From assembly GCA_025201805.1 (NCBI GenBank), contig MU619276.1, positions 141,369 through 205,368 on the forward strand: DNA of 64,000 nucleotides, in the 5' to 3' direction. Position 1 is the first letter of the stretch. The number at the start of each line of letters is the position of its first letter. This DNA is from Parasitella parasitica NRRL 2501 (taxonomy: Eukaryota; Fungi; Mucoromycota). The position numbers were made by a program, and so were the translations under genes. The notes beneath the pieces are model-generated. The model searched no databases. It was not told where the DNA came from and saw only the letters and a program-made list of their open reading frames with translations. This document shows, in pieces, positions 23,761-37,134 of this stretch.

Positions 23761-24411
23761 ATGGGTCGCCGTCCCGCTCGTTGTTATCGTTATTGTAAGA
23801 ACAAGCCTTACCCCAAGTCTAGATACTGCCGTGGTGTCCCTGATGCCAAGCTCAGAATCTACGATTTAGGTCGTAAGAAGGCGTCTGTCGACGATTTCCC
23901 TCTCTGTGTTCACTTGGTTTCCAACGAATACGAGCAATTGTCTGCCGAAGCTCTTGAAGCTGGCCGTATTTGCGCCAACAAGTACATGTCCAAGACTTCC
24001 GGTAAGGATTCCTTCCACATGCGTATCCGTGTCCACCCCTATCACGTCACCCGTATCAACAAAATGTTGTCGTGTGCTGGTGCCGATAGATTGCAAACTG
24101 GTATGCGTGGTGCTTTCGGTAAGCCCAACGGCCTTGTCGCTCGTGTCAACATTGGCCAGATCATCTTCTCTGTCCGTACCAAGGATTCCAACAAGGCTGT
24201 CGTCATTGAAGCTTTGAGACGCTGCAAGTACAAGTTCCCTGGTCAACAAAAGATCATTATCTCCAAGAAGTGGGGCTTCACTCCTCTCACCCGTGCTGAA
24301 TACGTCGAAGCTCGTGCTGCTGGCTCTCTCAGACCCGATGGCTGCTACGTCAAGTTTGTCCCTCAAAGAGGCCCACTTACCAACTACTTTAAGGAAGCTT
24401 CTAAGGTTTAA
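23761..24411 (+). CDS. RPL10: 60S ribosomal protein L10 (uL16)
   Basis: [28 protein letters not shown]...[21 protein letters not shown]; probable 5'UTR intron 23579-23750. Confidence 0.98.
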   Translation: MGRRPARCYRYCKNKPYPKSRYCRGVPDAKLRIYDLGRKKASVDDFPLCVHLVSNEYEQLSAEALEAGRICANKYMSKTSGKDSFHMRIRVHPYHVTRINKMLSCAGADRLQTGMRGAFGKPNGLVARVNIGQIIFSVRTKDSNKAVVIEALRRCKYKFPGQQKIIISKKWGFTPLTRAEYVEARAAGSLRPDGCYVKFVPQRGPLTNYFKEASKV

Positions 24412-24645
24412 ATTTCTTTATAAATTTTTGCATCCAAAATAAAATTCTTAAAGGCAATTTTCTCTTCAAAATGTTTGTGTCTGTCATCCATGTAAGCAAT
24501 TAATGATGTTTGGGTTTTGAGAGGTTTGTACGACCTTGTAATTTATATTTAATATTGCAATTTACATGTGGTAGTCAATTGACCCTCTTTGCTCTCCTTA
24601 ACCTTCCTTCGTTTTCTCTCTCTTTTTTTTCTTTTTTTTTCCACA

Positions 24646-26250
24646 ATGGACGCAGATAAACCAAAGAAGCTTTACAGCTCCCAAACACAGCGAGACAAGG
24701 AGCTTGAGCGCATTAAAAGCTTGGGTGTCGTTTCGGTGCTGAACAAGAATTTCAACGAAGCAACTCCTGCCCCTCTTAAACCAGCGTCGCTTCTACCAGC
24801 CTTATCCCCTTCCAACTCCTTGAGGACTGACAATCCCTCGACTGACACATTTGCCAAATCAAGATCTATGACAGTTTGCAAATCTCAGGCTGCTTCCTTC
24901 AGCTCCAGCTCAAAAGCAAGAAGCAGTTCGAGCCTCCATAGTGATCCCAGCAGCACAATGGCCCCGACATCTTTGTCATATGCACATGAATTAAAAAAGT
25001 CCCTCCCATTGTCTTCGTCAGGACATGAAGACTGCGACGATCAACAGATTGTCTCGGAAAGAAAAACGGATCGAGAAGACGGCCTCGTGGTGAATTCGCC
25101 TATTGACACCGAAAAGGAAACTTTGCTAAAGCGTGTCCAAGAATTAGAAGCGCTATACGATGCCTCCATAATTGACTTGCAGATCCTGGAATCTCGAAAC
25201 AGCAGTCAAAAGGACATATTAATTATGCAAGATAAACTCATACAGCAAATGACTGATCAGCTGGATGCGCAAGAAATCAATAGTATGCAGCAATGCCAAA
25301 TTTGCTCCCTTGCTGATAGTAGTAATGTCGATTGCATTTTAAAGGCACAACAAGACATTGCTATGCTGACCACAGAACTACATGAACTGAGCCCGCTAAC
25401 ATCAGAATACAGTTCCACAATATCAGATTTGACCGAGGAACTTGCAAAACATGACCTGAGGATAGAAGAATTACAGCATATTGCCCAGGAAATACAGAAA
25501 GCAAACGCTATTCAATCAGAATCCATTGATACCAAAGTTCAGACTCTTCTTGATAGAATCCTTGCCAAAAATGAAATTATAAACAAACTGGAGCATGATC
25601 AGCAGCAGCAGCAGTTGGTCCATCCACAATTGCCGCCTACGCCCAAGCCCGAGATGATCCATCAAAGCAATAGCATTATTAGTTTGAGCGATTCCTCAAC
25701 CCTGGCATACGAGCAGAAAGTGCAGATTGAACAAGAAGAAATGGGCGTGTCTCAGGAGACTCAGCATGGACAAACATTGCACGCTTCTCGTTGGAAAGGA
25801 AACCCGATCCCGCCAGCTTCACCACCGCCTTCATTGCCACTACCTCCCATTCCCAGTGCGTCTTCCCGATCCGTTTCCTCAACCAGACCCACATCAATTC
25901 TATCAGAAATAACCAAACGCTCAAGTATATATGCACAACATACAAGCAGGAAGCATACATCTGCGGACGCTATAAGCCAGGAGCTAGGCGACCGTCAACC
26001 CTTGACTCGCTCTGAATTTGATGAGGAGCTGACTGATGCCACTTATTACCGGGAATTCACAACTCAACTGCAAGAAAGACTTTCCGTATCCAAAGAAATC
26101 GACGATCTTCGTGTTTGGGCACCTAGTGATTACCACAACATCCAAAGAAAAATCAGCTCTAGAAACTGGTCTGATAGCGATGATGACGTTAGTCTCAGTA
26201 GCCAAAAAGCTGCCTTCTGGAAAGGCATGAAAAAGAAGCTGAGAGTTTAA
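24646..26250 (+). CDS. Hypothetical coiled-coil protein with a Pro-rich segment
   Basis: Long intronless ORF from ATG 24646; heptad-rich middle; PPASPPPSLPLPPIP. Confidence 0.7.
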   Translation: MDADKPKKLYSSQTQRDKELERIKSLGVVSVLNKNFNEATPAPLKPASLLPALSPSNSLRTDNPSTDTFAKSRSMTVCKSQAASFSSSSKARSSSSLHSDPSSTMAPTSLSYAHELKKSLPLSSSGHEDCDDQQIVSERKTDREDGLVVNSPIDTEKETLLKRVQELEALYDASIIDLQILESRNSSQKDILIMQDKLIQQMTDQLDAQEINSMQQCQICSLADSSNVDCILKAQQDIAMLTTELHELSPLTSEYSSTISDLTEELAKHDLRIEELQHIAQEIQKANAIQSESIDTKVQTLLDRILAKNEIINKLEHDQQQQQLVHPQLPPTPKPEMIHQSNSIISLSDSSTLAYEQKVQIEQEEMGVSQETQHGQTLHASRWKGNPIPPASPPPSLPLPPIPSASSRSVSSTRPTSILSEITKRSSIYAQHTSRKHTSADAISQELGDRQPLTRSEFDEELTDATYYREFTTQLQERLSVSKEIDDLRVWAPSDYHNIQRKISSRNWSDSDDDVSLSSQKAAFWKGMKKKLRV

Positions 26251-27171
26251 GCAACCATAACATACATGCACATAAATACGATATACACATACAAATGAAA
26301 AAAATAAACTGCATCTTTTTGCCCCTTCTTGTAACAGACGGCACTGTCACTAGACCTCTTGCTTTTTCAAATGAGCCATATATGCTATTAAAGATATTAC
26401 TTTTCCTAGTTGGAATATTGCCATATAAATTTGACGGCTGTCGATTTGATATTCCTTTTAGACATCAATAACAGTATATTGACGCCTTGGTGGCATGAAG
26501 AAATTTGAGGCGCTAGGCCTTGTGCTTGATGTAATTTAATATTCTTGTCTCAATAAAGGGATATGTTGCCTAGATACCAACCTATAAGTATTTCATGTAC
26601 ACAACGCCATGTCGATCTTTTTCTGATTGTTGCCGGTATTAACTTTTGTGGCACTATCATTACTTCCCGAGCAGGCTTTTCATGACGTTTTCAAGTCCAA
26701 TTTGTTTTATTAAAATATTAGCAAGTATTTTCCACCAGAGGGCTGCTTTTTAGTCTGTTCATTAGAAAAACGGCAAGGATGCCAAAAAGAAACCGCCCCC
26801 CCCCCCCTCTCCTCGTGCCTTCATATGATACAAGGACGCTGGACGGTGTGGAGAAGGTTTGATTATGGTAATATGAAACTGCAATTATACCGGTCCCAGA
26901 TTTTACAGCGCATCATGATGGTTACATAATCAGCATCTTTAAAGAGCCGGATCAATTTATTAAACTATTGCATATACAGCAAGAGCGGTAAATTTTGTCA
27001 CTTTGAGACACAAAAAACAAATGTCCTTGGCAGCAAAGTGACAAAATTTACCGGTTCTCACTGTACTACCATTTTAATACGAAAAGAAATAATTGAATAT
27101 ATAGAAATTTACACTTATATGGGTGAGGAAGGGGATGGGAGGAGGGTTATAAATAATAGGTGCGATTTTAT

Positions 27172-28669
27172 CTAACCTAAACATTCATTAAAATTGTCAG
27201 CACTGTTATTGTTATTATTGTTCAAGTCAGAGTTTTCTTCAGAAGGCACCATGGGGATTTGAGGCCTTTGTCTTGTCTGCAGCATGGCAAATAAATCATC
27301 TAAAACTTGGCCACTGTTGGCACTTGGTAAGAAGTCGTTGCTACTAGTGATGGTGGGCCCAAAATCGTCCTCAAAGAAGGGGTCAAAATCAAAGTCGAGA
27401 TCGAAATCACCAGCGCCAGGCGGAGGCACCATAGTCTCCGAATTGCTGCCATCCTTACCCCAAAATCCTGTTAAGGGATACTGCAGTTGAGCTTCTTCAC
27501 GTTGCTGTTGCTGGGCAGATATTAATAGAGGATTGTCTGTGTTATTGTGCATTATTGCGTTAACAGCAGCAGCGTTGTTTGCGAAATTCGTGCCAACATT
27601 TGATATTGGTGCTTGGCCCATGACAGAATCATCCAATTTGCGTCGCTTGCTAGCATCATCTAATTGCAGTGAAGCCGTTGTGGTATCGTTTACAATCAAA
27701 GCGGGATTGCGGTCGTTCAAGTGGTACGGTGAGGACTCTGGCCCTAGTTTTGGTGCTCTCAATGGTAATGGTATACGTGTGATTGACCCTGTCTCATTGG
27801 GTACGTTGCTACTCTGGAGAGTGTCATTATCCGCTGGCTCTGCTGTCTTTTGTTCATGACGCAGCCTTGAATCTTGATGAGGTCGCTTTGCAGTGGTTGA
27901 TGATGATGTAAAGTGGGAGGGTGATGCACTCTCTCTGCGTGTCATCACTTCACCTTCACTGGCTGGGGCTGTCGGTAATGACATTGATCTTTCAGACCTC
28001 GTTCTTGTCATTGCATCGGATTCAGCGATTGGAGGTGTTGATAGTGTGGTTGTATGTGTATCATTATGATTTGATCTCTCTAGTTCAGCTAATTTGCTAG
28101 CGTCTCCTCCTGATAATACAACTACATGATGCTCCAGAGTAACTACTCTCTGACGAAGTTCTCCATTCTCCTTGCGTAACTTTTCCATTTCCTCCTGCCA
28201 ACCCTCCATCTCCTTTACTTTGATTTCTAAATCCTTGATATATTGCTCTCTACGTTGTCTAAAAGCCTTTTGTGCAGCTCGGTTTTGAGCAGCACGTTTG
28301 GATGGAATTACTGCTCGAGAGCCGCCTTTGCTGTTTTTAGAGCTTTCGTATTCATGCGCCTGCGCTGGTGGAGAAATAGACTGCTCTTGTTGATTTGGCG
28401 GATGCGATGCGGAATGCTGTAGTGGTATTGGCTGCTGCTGGTGTTGAGGCTGCTGCTGGTGTGGATGCTGATGTTGCTGCTGAGGCGGCAGCGGTAACAC
28501 AGACCCAGGTGGCCTTGATACCATATAATTAAACGTTTCAGGCGCATGGTCTGTTTATCGAGAAAATAATGAGCATTCCCCATGCATTTGCATATTGCAA
28601 AAACATATACCTACCTATGGGAATCATCCATGGCTGATTGCTGTGATTGCTACTATTGCTGCTGTTCAT
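27172..28669 (-). CDS. bZIP transcription factor (Yap/AP-1-like basic region), 2 exons
   Basis: SKRAAQNRAAQKAFRQRREQYIKDLEIKVKE; a short first exon (MNSSNSSNHSNQPWMIPI) splices in frame to DHAPETFNYMVS. Confidence 0.88.
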
Positions 28670-29593
28670 GTTTTACGCTTTTTCTTGTCCAATTTCTATA
28701 GTGATTTTTGTTTTAAAGGGAAAAGTATCATAGCAACGAAAAAAGTTAGCATTCAGCAAAACATTTCCGATAAATTGATGTTTACCCTGTCAATGCAAGT
28801 TGAAACAATGAGAAATAAGGAATATATGAATAGGGTACCGTTCAAGATAAAAGTGCAAACATACAAGTTATCGCTGGATGATTTTTTTTTTTTGTGAGTA
28901 ATGAGATCTAGCCAAAAAAACGCAGACTTTAAGCTGAATAGGTAACTTTGACACCTTCTTGATTTTTTTTCTGGTAAATGATTTACAGTGTCAAATACAG
29001 AAGGGAAGAGAGAAAAAAACCCCCCTCCTGCCCGAGAAAACTCACAAGAAACAGAAAAAAAAAAAAAAAANNNNNNNNNNNNNNNNNNNNAAAAAAAAAA
29101 AAAACTCGGTAAAAAGCCAAACCGAACATGCTTTATTGACCTCGCTCATATGATTGGACAAATCAGATACTAGAAAGGGATATTATCACAGAGACTGAAG
29201 AGGTTGCAATCAATCATAATTCTTGTAAATGCAGCGACATACAGTAGCAAAATGCTGACATGGCAAATGAATGCAGCTGCAAAAAAAAATTTTGTGATTT
29301 TCTATATTATAGCCTTTTGAGATATGGCATAAATTGGAAAAAGAAAAAACTGGGTTTTCGTTCCACTTTCCACTTTCCATGGAAAGAACAAAATCGACTG
29401 ACTTTTTCCATGTTCATGGGGGGGGGAGGGTGAGCAGGTATCACAAAAAACTTGCTTATGAAATCAACTGAGTCACATCCCGCCTAACCCAGATTTACTC
29501 GTTCATTTCCATCAAATGTAGATATAAAAAGGGAGTGGAGCCTCCACAGAAACTTTCCCTTTTTCTTGATTATAATTTATCATTACAGCAAAA

Positions 29594-31203
29594 ATGTCAT
29601 CTCCTGTTCCCTCTTTCGGCTCTCTCGACAAGATCTACGACCCTGCGGCCGTCCCCAAACAAGAGTAAGTCATCTCACAAAGGGAAGCATTTTGCATGAT
29701 TTCTCACCAAAAAGTATTACACAGCCAACGCTACAAGAAGCTTATTGCTGAATTCGAGAAAGTTCATGGTCGCAAGGCCGAATTCGTTGTTCGCTCTCCT
29801 GGTCGTGTCAATTTGATCGGTGAGCACATTGACTACTGTGGTTTTGGTGTGCTTCCTATGGCCATTGAGCGTGATGTGATCATTGTTGGTGCTACTACTG
29901 ATGATGACTCCAAGGTCCGCATTGCAAACGTTAATCCCAAGTACCCTGCAAGAGAATTCGACTATGAGGGCAAGGAAAAGGTTGTTACTATTGACTCTTC
30001 TGAATTGGAGTGGTCCAATTACTTCAAATGTGGCTACAAGGTAAGCTTGAACTGGTTTCATGGGGGGGGGGAGTAGGCGAATGCGTGTATTCATGTTTCG
30101 GTTGGTTTCATTAGGGCATGCTGGAGAAGTTCCAATTGGATAAGCCCAAGGGCCTCTTTTTGATTGTTGATGGCACTGTCCCTGCTGGCGGAGGACTTTC
30201 CTCATCTGCAGCCTTTGTTTGTGCCTCTGCTTTGGCCGTTGTCACTGCCAACAAGCTGACCATTTCCAAAACTGAACTTACTGAGATTGCCATTGTCGCT
30301 GAGCGCAATGTTGGTGTTAACTCTGGTGGTATGGACCAAAGTGCTTCCGTTCTATCTGAAAAAGACTTTGCACTTCATGTTGAATTTGTCCCCAAGTTGC
30401 ACACTACGGCTGTTCCTTTGCCTGCCACTAGTCCCAAGTTAGCCTTTGTCATTGCTAATACCTTGGTCACCGCTGACAAGTTTGTAACTGCTCCCCGCAA
30501 TTACAATCTTCGTGTCGTTGAAACCCACATGGCCGCTCTCTTCCTCGCCAAGAAGCTCGGCTTGCCTGCTGTTGATACTCTCAAGGAAGTGTATGATCTC
30601 TATTACAAGGATTCTTCTCTCAGTGACGTCGAAAAGTTCACTGATCTGCTCAAGAAGGCTGAAGAATTCTATCCCAAGGACAACACCAACAATAATGGTT
30701 ATACCCTCGAAGAAGTCTCCAAAATGCTCGATGTTCCTGTCAAGGAACTTCAAGACAAGTATATGACACGTTTCCCCGTGCAAACTGATTATTTCCGTCT
30801 TGTCCACCGCACCAAGCACGTCTTGTCCGAAGCATCTCGTGTCATTGAATTCCACAAGGCCTGTGAAACTGGCCAGGGCGAATCCACTCTCAAGGTTTTG
30901 GGAGACCTTATGAACCTTTCCCAAGAGTCTTGCAACAAGTTGTTTATGTGTTCCTGTCCCGAAATTGATCAGGTTTGTGAGGTTGCTCGCAAGAACGGCT
31001 CGCTGGGCTCCAGGTTGACTGGTGCTGGATGGGGTGGAAGTACCGTTCATTTGACCACTGAAGATAACGTTGCTAATCTCATTGATCACATCAAGAATGA
31101 CTTTTTCCGCAAGGTTTACCCCAAAATCACTGAAGAGGAGTTGGATGATGCCATCATTGCCACTAAGCCTTGTTCTGGCGCTGCTATCTACACTGGTTTT
31201 TAA
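29594..31203 (+). CDS. GAL1: Galactokinase (GHMP family), 3 exons
   Basis: RSPGRVNLIGEHIDY, PAGGGLSSSAA, GGMDQ, GSRLTGAGWGG. Confidence 0.95.
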
Positions 31204-31532
31204 GCCCTCATCTTTTCATCATTTTGTAACATTACATTAAATCACCTTTTTTTTGTTCATATTTCTCAATTTTGTAATTAAATAATAATAATAATAAACC
31301 CCCATTTTTACTTGGAATCAAACTGTTCGTTTAATCTATTTCCAAGTATCTACTGGCTAGTGAAAAGAGAATATCACCCAATTTATGCACTCAAACATAT
31401 GAACAAGACTCACCCCCGAGCGGCGCTTTTTGTTTTGCTTTTTTCGCTCAAGAGTTACTTTTGGGCTGTTTTTTACCGTCTATTACCAACGGGAAAAATG
31501 AATCCATCCCGAGCCTTTCTTTATTTATACGA

Positions 31533-33348
31533 CTATCCAAAATTAATGCCTTGTGCTAAAGGAAGGGTACCCGAGTAATTGATGGTGCAAGTACCGCGTC
31601 TACAATATTGTTTCCAGCTATCACTGCCACTTTCACGGCCACCACCAGTTTCTTTTTCACCTCCAAACGCACCTCCAATCTCTGCACCGTTGGTAGGAAT
31701 ATTGACATTGATAATACCACAATCAGAGCCAGACGGGCCGATCCATTTAAAGATAGTAGATGGGTTGCTAGTAAAGATGGAGCTGGATAAGCCTTGAGCG
31801 ACATTATTGTTGATAGCAATGGCTTCATCCAGAGTCTATAAATACGGATAAAGTTAAAATCCTGTAGTCGTATAGCCACCAAAAATTTACCTTGTATGTC
31901 ATTGTGTGCAAAATTGGAACAAAAGACTCATTTTGAACAACCTCCATGTCAGGACGTACGCGAGTCATGGTCGGCTCCACAAAGTTACCATGCTTCAAAG
32001 GCCCATCCTCAATCACCTTGCCACCAATGATGATTTCTCCTCCCTCTTGCTTGACCCTTTGTAAAGCGTTTTTATAGATTTCAACTGCTTCCTTGGTATG
32101 AAGAGGGCCACAAAGAACACCTTGATCCAAGGGATCGCCGACTTTGACCTGTTTGTAAGCCTTCTTTAATCTCTCAATCAGGGTATCATACACAGATTCT
32201 TGCACAATCAAACGACGAGTCGTAGTGCAACGCTGTCCCGCAGTACCCACAGCTGCAAACAGAATGGCTCTGGCAGCCAGATCTAAATCACAGTCGTCTG
32301 TCACAATCAAGGCGTTGTTTCCTCCAAGTTCCAGGATAGAGCGCCCAAATCTGCCCTGAACCACTTTGCCAACCTCTCTACCGACGTTGGTAGAGCCAGT
32401 AAATGAGAGCACATGTGCACGTTTATCTGCTGTCATGGCACTGCCAATATCAGATCCACCAGTGACTAAAGCACACAGCGAAGGAGGAAGGTTATGCTCT
32501 TTGAGCGCATTGGCAATGATACGAGTAACAGCGATAGAGACTAGCGATGTTGTAGGAGCAGGCTTCCAGATAGTACCATTGCCTGTGACAAGAGCAATAG
32601 CGCAATTCCAGCCATAAACAGCGACGGGGAAATTGAAAGCGCTGATAATACCTACTGTGCCCAAGGGGTTCCAGGTTTCCAACATGGCGTGACCCGGTCT
32701 TTCTGAAGGAATCACAGCACCTTGGAGCATACGTGAAAGGCCCAATGCGTACTCGAGAATATCAATGTATTCTTGCACCTCTCCAATACCTTCAGGCAAA
32801 ATCTTACCCATTTCTAAAGCAACCAGCTTGCCCAAAGGCTGCAAGTTTTCAACCAATGCATTTCTCATTGTCAACAGGACATGGCCACGTTTAGGAACTG
32901 GAAGCTATGTAAAGATATGCAGTGAGCTACATGCTCCACTTTCTACACACCCTCACACGATTTGTATATTTACCTCTCTCCAGATCTTTTGAGCTTCTGC
33001 TACTTTTTCAAAAGCAACATTTAAATCATCAGTGGTTCCCTACATTTGTAAACGGATGTAGCGTGAGAAAACTACATCTGTGGTAGAAGCATACACACAT
33101 ACCGTAATCACTTCTGCAATCACTTCGTTGTTGACAGGGTTGTAGGAAGGCACAATGGGACCTGATCCTTTCCAGTCCCCATCAAAGACGCCTTTGTTGT
33201 TGGTCTTGTCCAATCCAAGCGCCTCAAATACAGACCGGTGCTTATCAAAGGCGGATAAATAGCGGGCGTTGGTTAAAGGGGCACAGTTTCGCACCAGCTT
33301 GTTGGCTGCATGAATCAATGGGCGCGATCTTAATATCTTGGTAATCAT
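31533..33348 (-). CDS. Aldehyde dehydrogenase family 7 (antiquitin / aminoadipate-semialdehyde dehydrogenase), multi-exon
   Basis: [41 protein letters not shown], ends [18 protein letters not shown]; basic N-terminal presequence. Confidence 0.93.
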
Positions 33349-34652
33349 GTTTGTTAAAAAGTAGAAAAAGGAAGAGAAAGCGAGAGAACGACAGAAATAA
33401 CAAAACATCAAGTTTATATATGCAGGCACGTACAAGCTAGTGTCTGTTGTTATAGTGATGGCTAGTTGGGCTAGGCGGGAGCGTGGGAATAACAGGCATC
33501 GAGCCTGCGAACAAATGCTGGCTATTTGTTCCTAAAACGGGAACCACTGTATCGCTGCCAAATGCATGTACCTTACAATATGGAAGCCAATGACGTATCG
33601 GCGTTACAAGTTTGGTTGAAAAAACGCAACAAACAAAAGAAGGGTAATCAAGCAAAGACCTGACTAGGGACCCAAGTTGGAAACAAGCATTTTGAGAAAC
33701 ACATCGTAGAAGAAAAAGTATGACCAGAGCCCTAATTCTCTTGAATTTCAAACATGAAAGCAACAGATAAAGTTCTGGTCCTCGCCAAAGCTTGCATAAT
33801 TCATACTTGGAAGCACAATGTCTTTCCAGTAATAGTGATTCCCAAAAAAAACGATTTCGTCAGGACATAAAGTGATGTGGTTTACCGGCATCTTTAACAC
33901 CAAGTAAAGTATCACTGAACCAGTCGGTACAATAATTCCATGTACCAAAGTTTTATTGCCAAAAACTAAATAGCTGTGGTCTTTTCTGTTGCTCAGATCC
34001 ACGTAGAGCCGTTTTTCCCATTGCATACTTGCTTCCTGATGCACCCTCTCAATTTTTTTTAGACATGGAAAGCATGCTCAAATCGCCTTACCAGCCCTTG
34101 TATACCGTCCATGGACCAAGATAACTGGAAATCATTTGATTGAAATTTTCACCACAAGAATCAAGACGTTTGTTATAATACATCATAAAAAGCAGCGCTC
34201 ACAACAAATGTCTTTTGTTTCACCTCATTGTTTATTAGGTTGCAACGCAAGCAATTATTTCGATATGCTGTCTCACAAACTTCGTTAGTAAGCTCACAAG
34301 TTAAGCATATAGCAAGATGCAGACTCAAAAATATCAGAGCTGTAGGACATACTTTGTATGGAAAACCAGGAGACATGTGGGAAAAAGCTAGATCAGATTT
34401 CAGGAATGAATCCCCCTGCCCTTTTTTGCCGCCCACTCAAGCTCCACTTTGTTATCATGCAGGTACTTTTACACAAGCTGGAAAAGTAAAAGCATCCAAT
34501 GGGGATCCATGAGCTTTCCTTTTATTTGAAACGAGTTATAAATGTTGATTTTATTAAAGTATAGAAAAAATGGCTATTAGCAAGCACAGAATCAACATTG
34601 ACCAAGAAACAATATACATGCTCAGTTAAACAGTACATAGGGATTCTTTGTT

Positions 34653-35059
34653 TTACTCCACTACACGAGCACATGAATACAACATGCATACGCACACACA
34701 TTACAACGAAGATCACTTACGTAAAATATGTTCTTCAACAAGTTTTTGTCTGTCTGGACGCTCATGAAGTTCCTTGTTGAGTTTATCAGCAATTCTGTGT
34801 TTCTCTAATTCATCACGGTGTTGTTGAATGGCGGGTGCTATCTTTGGATCTGTAGCAAATTTATAAAAATGGTTATATTGATAACGCCTCTCTTTGCTCC
34901 TAGATAAACATACCTTTCATGATGTTTCTGTCGACCAAGTCTTGAGCGTTAGGACGGTTAGCCAACTGCTCTTCAAGAGATTTATTTTCGGGTACAGCTA
35001 GATGCATTATAAGTTGTCGCATCTATTTTGTCAGTATATGTCCGTAGCCACTTACTCAT
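34653..35059 (-). CDS. Small RPEL-repeat protein (missed by the ORF track)
   Basis: Spliced: MTVPENKSLEEQLANRPNAQDLVDRNIMK/DPKIAPAIQQHRDELEKHRIADKLNKELHERPDRQKLVEEHIL; two RPxxxxL...(N/H)I motifs; last exon uncertain. Confidence 0.75.
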
Positions 35060-35507
35060 ATCAAATAGTTTCAAATGTTTAGAGCCGAGGAGAGGAAAAA
35101 AAAAAACAGAAAAAGAAAAAAGTAAATAACCAAATGCCTCTTTTTATCCAGATGATATGTATCACGCGTGTTGCTGTATGCTGTACATGATCCCACCAGA
35201 CCTATGTTAATCAAACAGAAATGACGTCGATTCTCCTTTATCGCTTGGTGCTGGCAATCCAAACAAAAGTTCACACTTCCTGTTGGCTCATGAGAGTAAG
35301 ACCGTTCTTGATACGACTAAAGCTAATCCACAGGCGGTTGTATTTTATTTAGTTGGTGTGCTTTGATTTTATGATGTGTAAAATAGACTTTGCTTTTTGG
35401 TGGGCCTTGTGGAGTTTCACTGCTGTTCAGCCTGCGGATTCGTCCCAGTCACAGAAGCATCAGACAGACATACGGTGCATGCTCTTTCTTTCTTGGAATC
35501 CAACAGC

Positions 35508-36755
35508 ATGTCAAATAGAATAGGAGGCCTACCTTTACCGGCAGGCTCTCTTTCGAGCAAAAGAACGGGAGGAGGAACAAAGCTATTTGTGAATGCAAAC
35601 GGAACGGTGCTCTCCTCGGTATCAACATACATCGCAGCTTCGATCTTATCAACGTTTGCCAACAAAATGCTGTTTACTTATTCCGAATACAAATTTCCAT
35701 ATCCTTGCTTCACAGTCTTTTTCCAGCTTGTTATTTCGCTGATACTTATGGCTGCATGGAGCCACGTTGGACTATTGTAGGTGGTTTACTACTATTCTTT
35801 ATTCTCTATTTTTTTTTTTTTTTCACCGTCTGTTTGTTCCCTAGCAACCATACATTGCCTCGAATACCAATATTAAACTGGGATTCTGCAGTGGCGATTC
35901 GCGTAGCGCCATTGACCATTGTGTTCATCTGTGTCATAATATTCAATCCTCTCTTCCTGCAGCATGTCGAAATCACAACATATCACTTTGCCCACTCGCT
36001 CACTATCGCTTTCTCGATCGTATTTTCATACCTAATGCTGCGAATAGAGCAACCACAGCGGATAGTGTCAGCAAGTGTAATAGTCATCTTTGGTACCTGT
36101 ATAGGGTCCATGGGAGACCTTAATTTCTCACTTGTAGGTGCATTTTATACTCTATCGTGGCCTGCTGTAGTGGCATTGTATGGCATCTATCTGAAAAAGA
36201 CGTTGATCGCATTGAAAAACGATTTATGGTAAGCAAATCCAACGCAAATCAAAAGTGCAGCACCAACAACAAACACACAGGGCGCTTGTGCAGTATAATA
36301 CTGTCATGGCAACTGCAATTATGGTGCCTCTTGTCTTGCTCTCTGGAGAGCTAAACGAGATATTCTCCACTGTTTGGTTTTGGGATGAATTTGGATTCTG
36401 GTTACAGATGTTTATTACCACCCTGACTGGATTTGGTGTTACTATCTCGATGCTATTATTATTAATGCATACATCCCCCCTGACGTTAAGTGTGGCCAGC
36501 GTGTGCAAGGTAAGGCTCATCAGTCAGGCTGCTTGGCTGATTCATTTGGTAATGTAAAATGTGATAGACAAGTATACAGGCTCTTGTTGTGGCTGTCGTG
36601 TTTGGAAATCGAATGACAATGCTTGTAAATATCGCTGCGGAAAAAACACTACAGAACACTCATTTCTTTGTCCTTAGAATACGGGTGGCATGGCTATCTC
36701 GCTCGCTGGATCAGCTTATTTTGCTTATTTGAGATCTGCGGAATCAAAATTCTAA
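35508..36755 (+). CDS. Nucleotide-sugar transporter (SLC35C1/GDP-fucose-transporter-like, TPT family), multi-exon
   Basis: STFANKMLF...FPYPCFTVFFQLV, LQHVEITTY, SLTIAFSIVFSY, HTSPLTLSVASVCK; multiple TM segments. Confidence 0.75.
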
Positions 36756-37134
36756 CCTGCATGCCGGACCTGGTCGTTGTTGAGAATAGACGGCAATAAT
36801 ACGGTATTGTTATAATAATAAAAGCAAAAAGCCCTTCTATAACAAGAGCCGTTGTGGCACTGTTTGCATTATACATCAACAGCCAAAAAAAAAAAAAAAA
36901 AAAAAAAAAAAACGCGCCTATTTGTTTATGCACTTTTGCTTGCAATCATGTATTATATAACCTAAGCCTAAATCGTTGCTTTAGTTGGAATCTTGCTTTT
37001 CTCAGTTTGATTGTCTATAAATAAGCTGTCTGCATCAAACTAAGCCTTGGGATCAATACCAAACACCTGAAAATGTATATAAACGACAAGGCTATAGACA
37101 GCAAAAACAACATTTCCCATATTTATCACAAAGC

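Noticed and set aside
33437-34512. Several 87-108 aa ORFs between ALDH7 and the RPEL gene
   Set aside because: No motifs, no consistent splice structure or codon bias; treated as intergenic.
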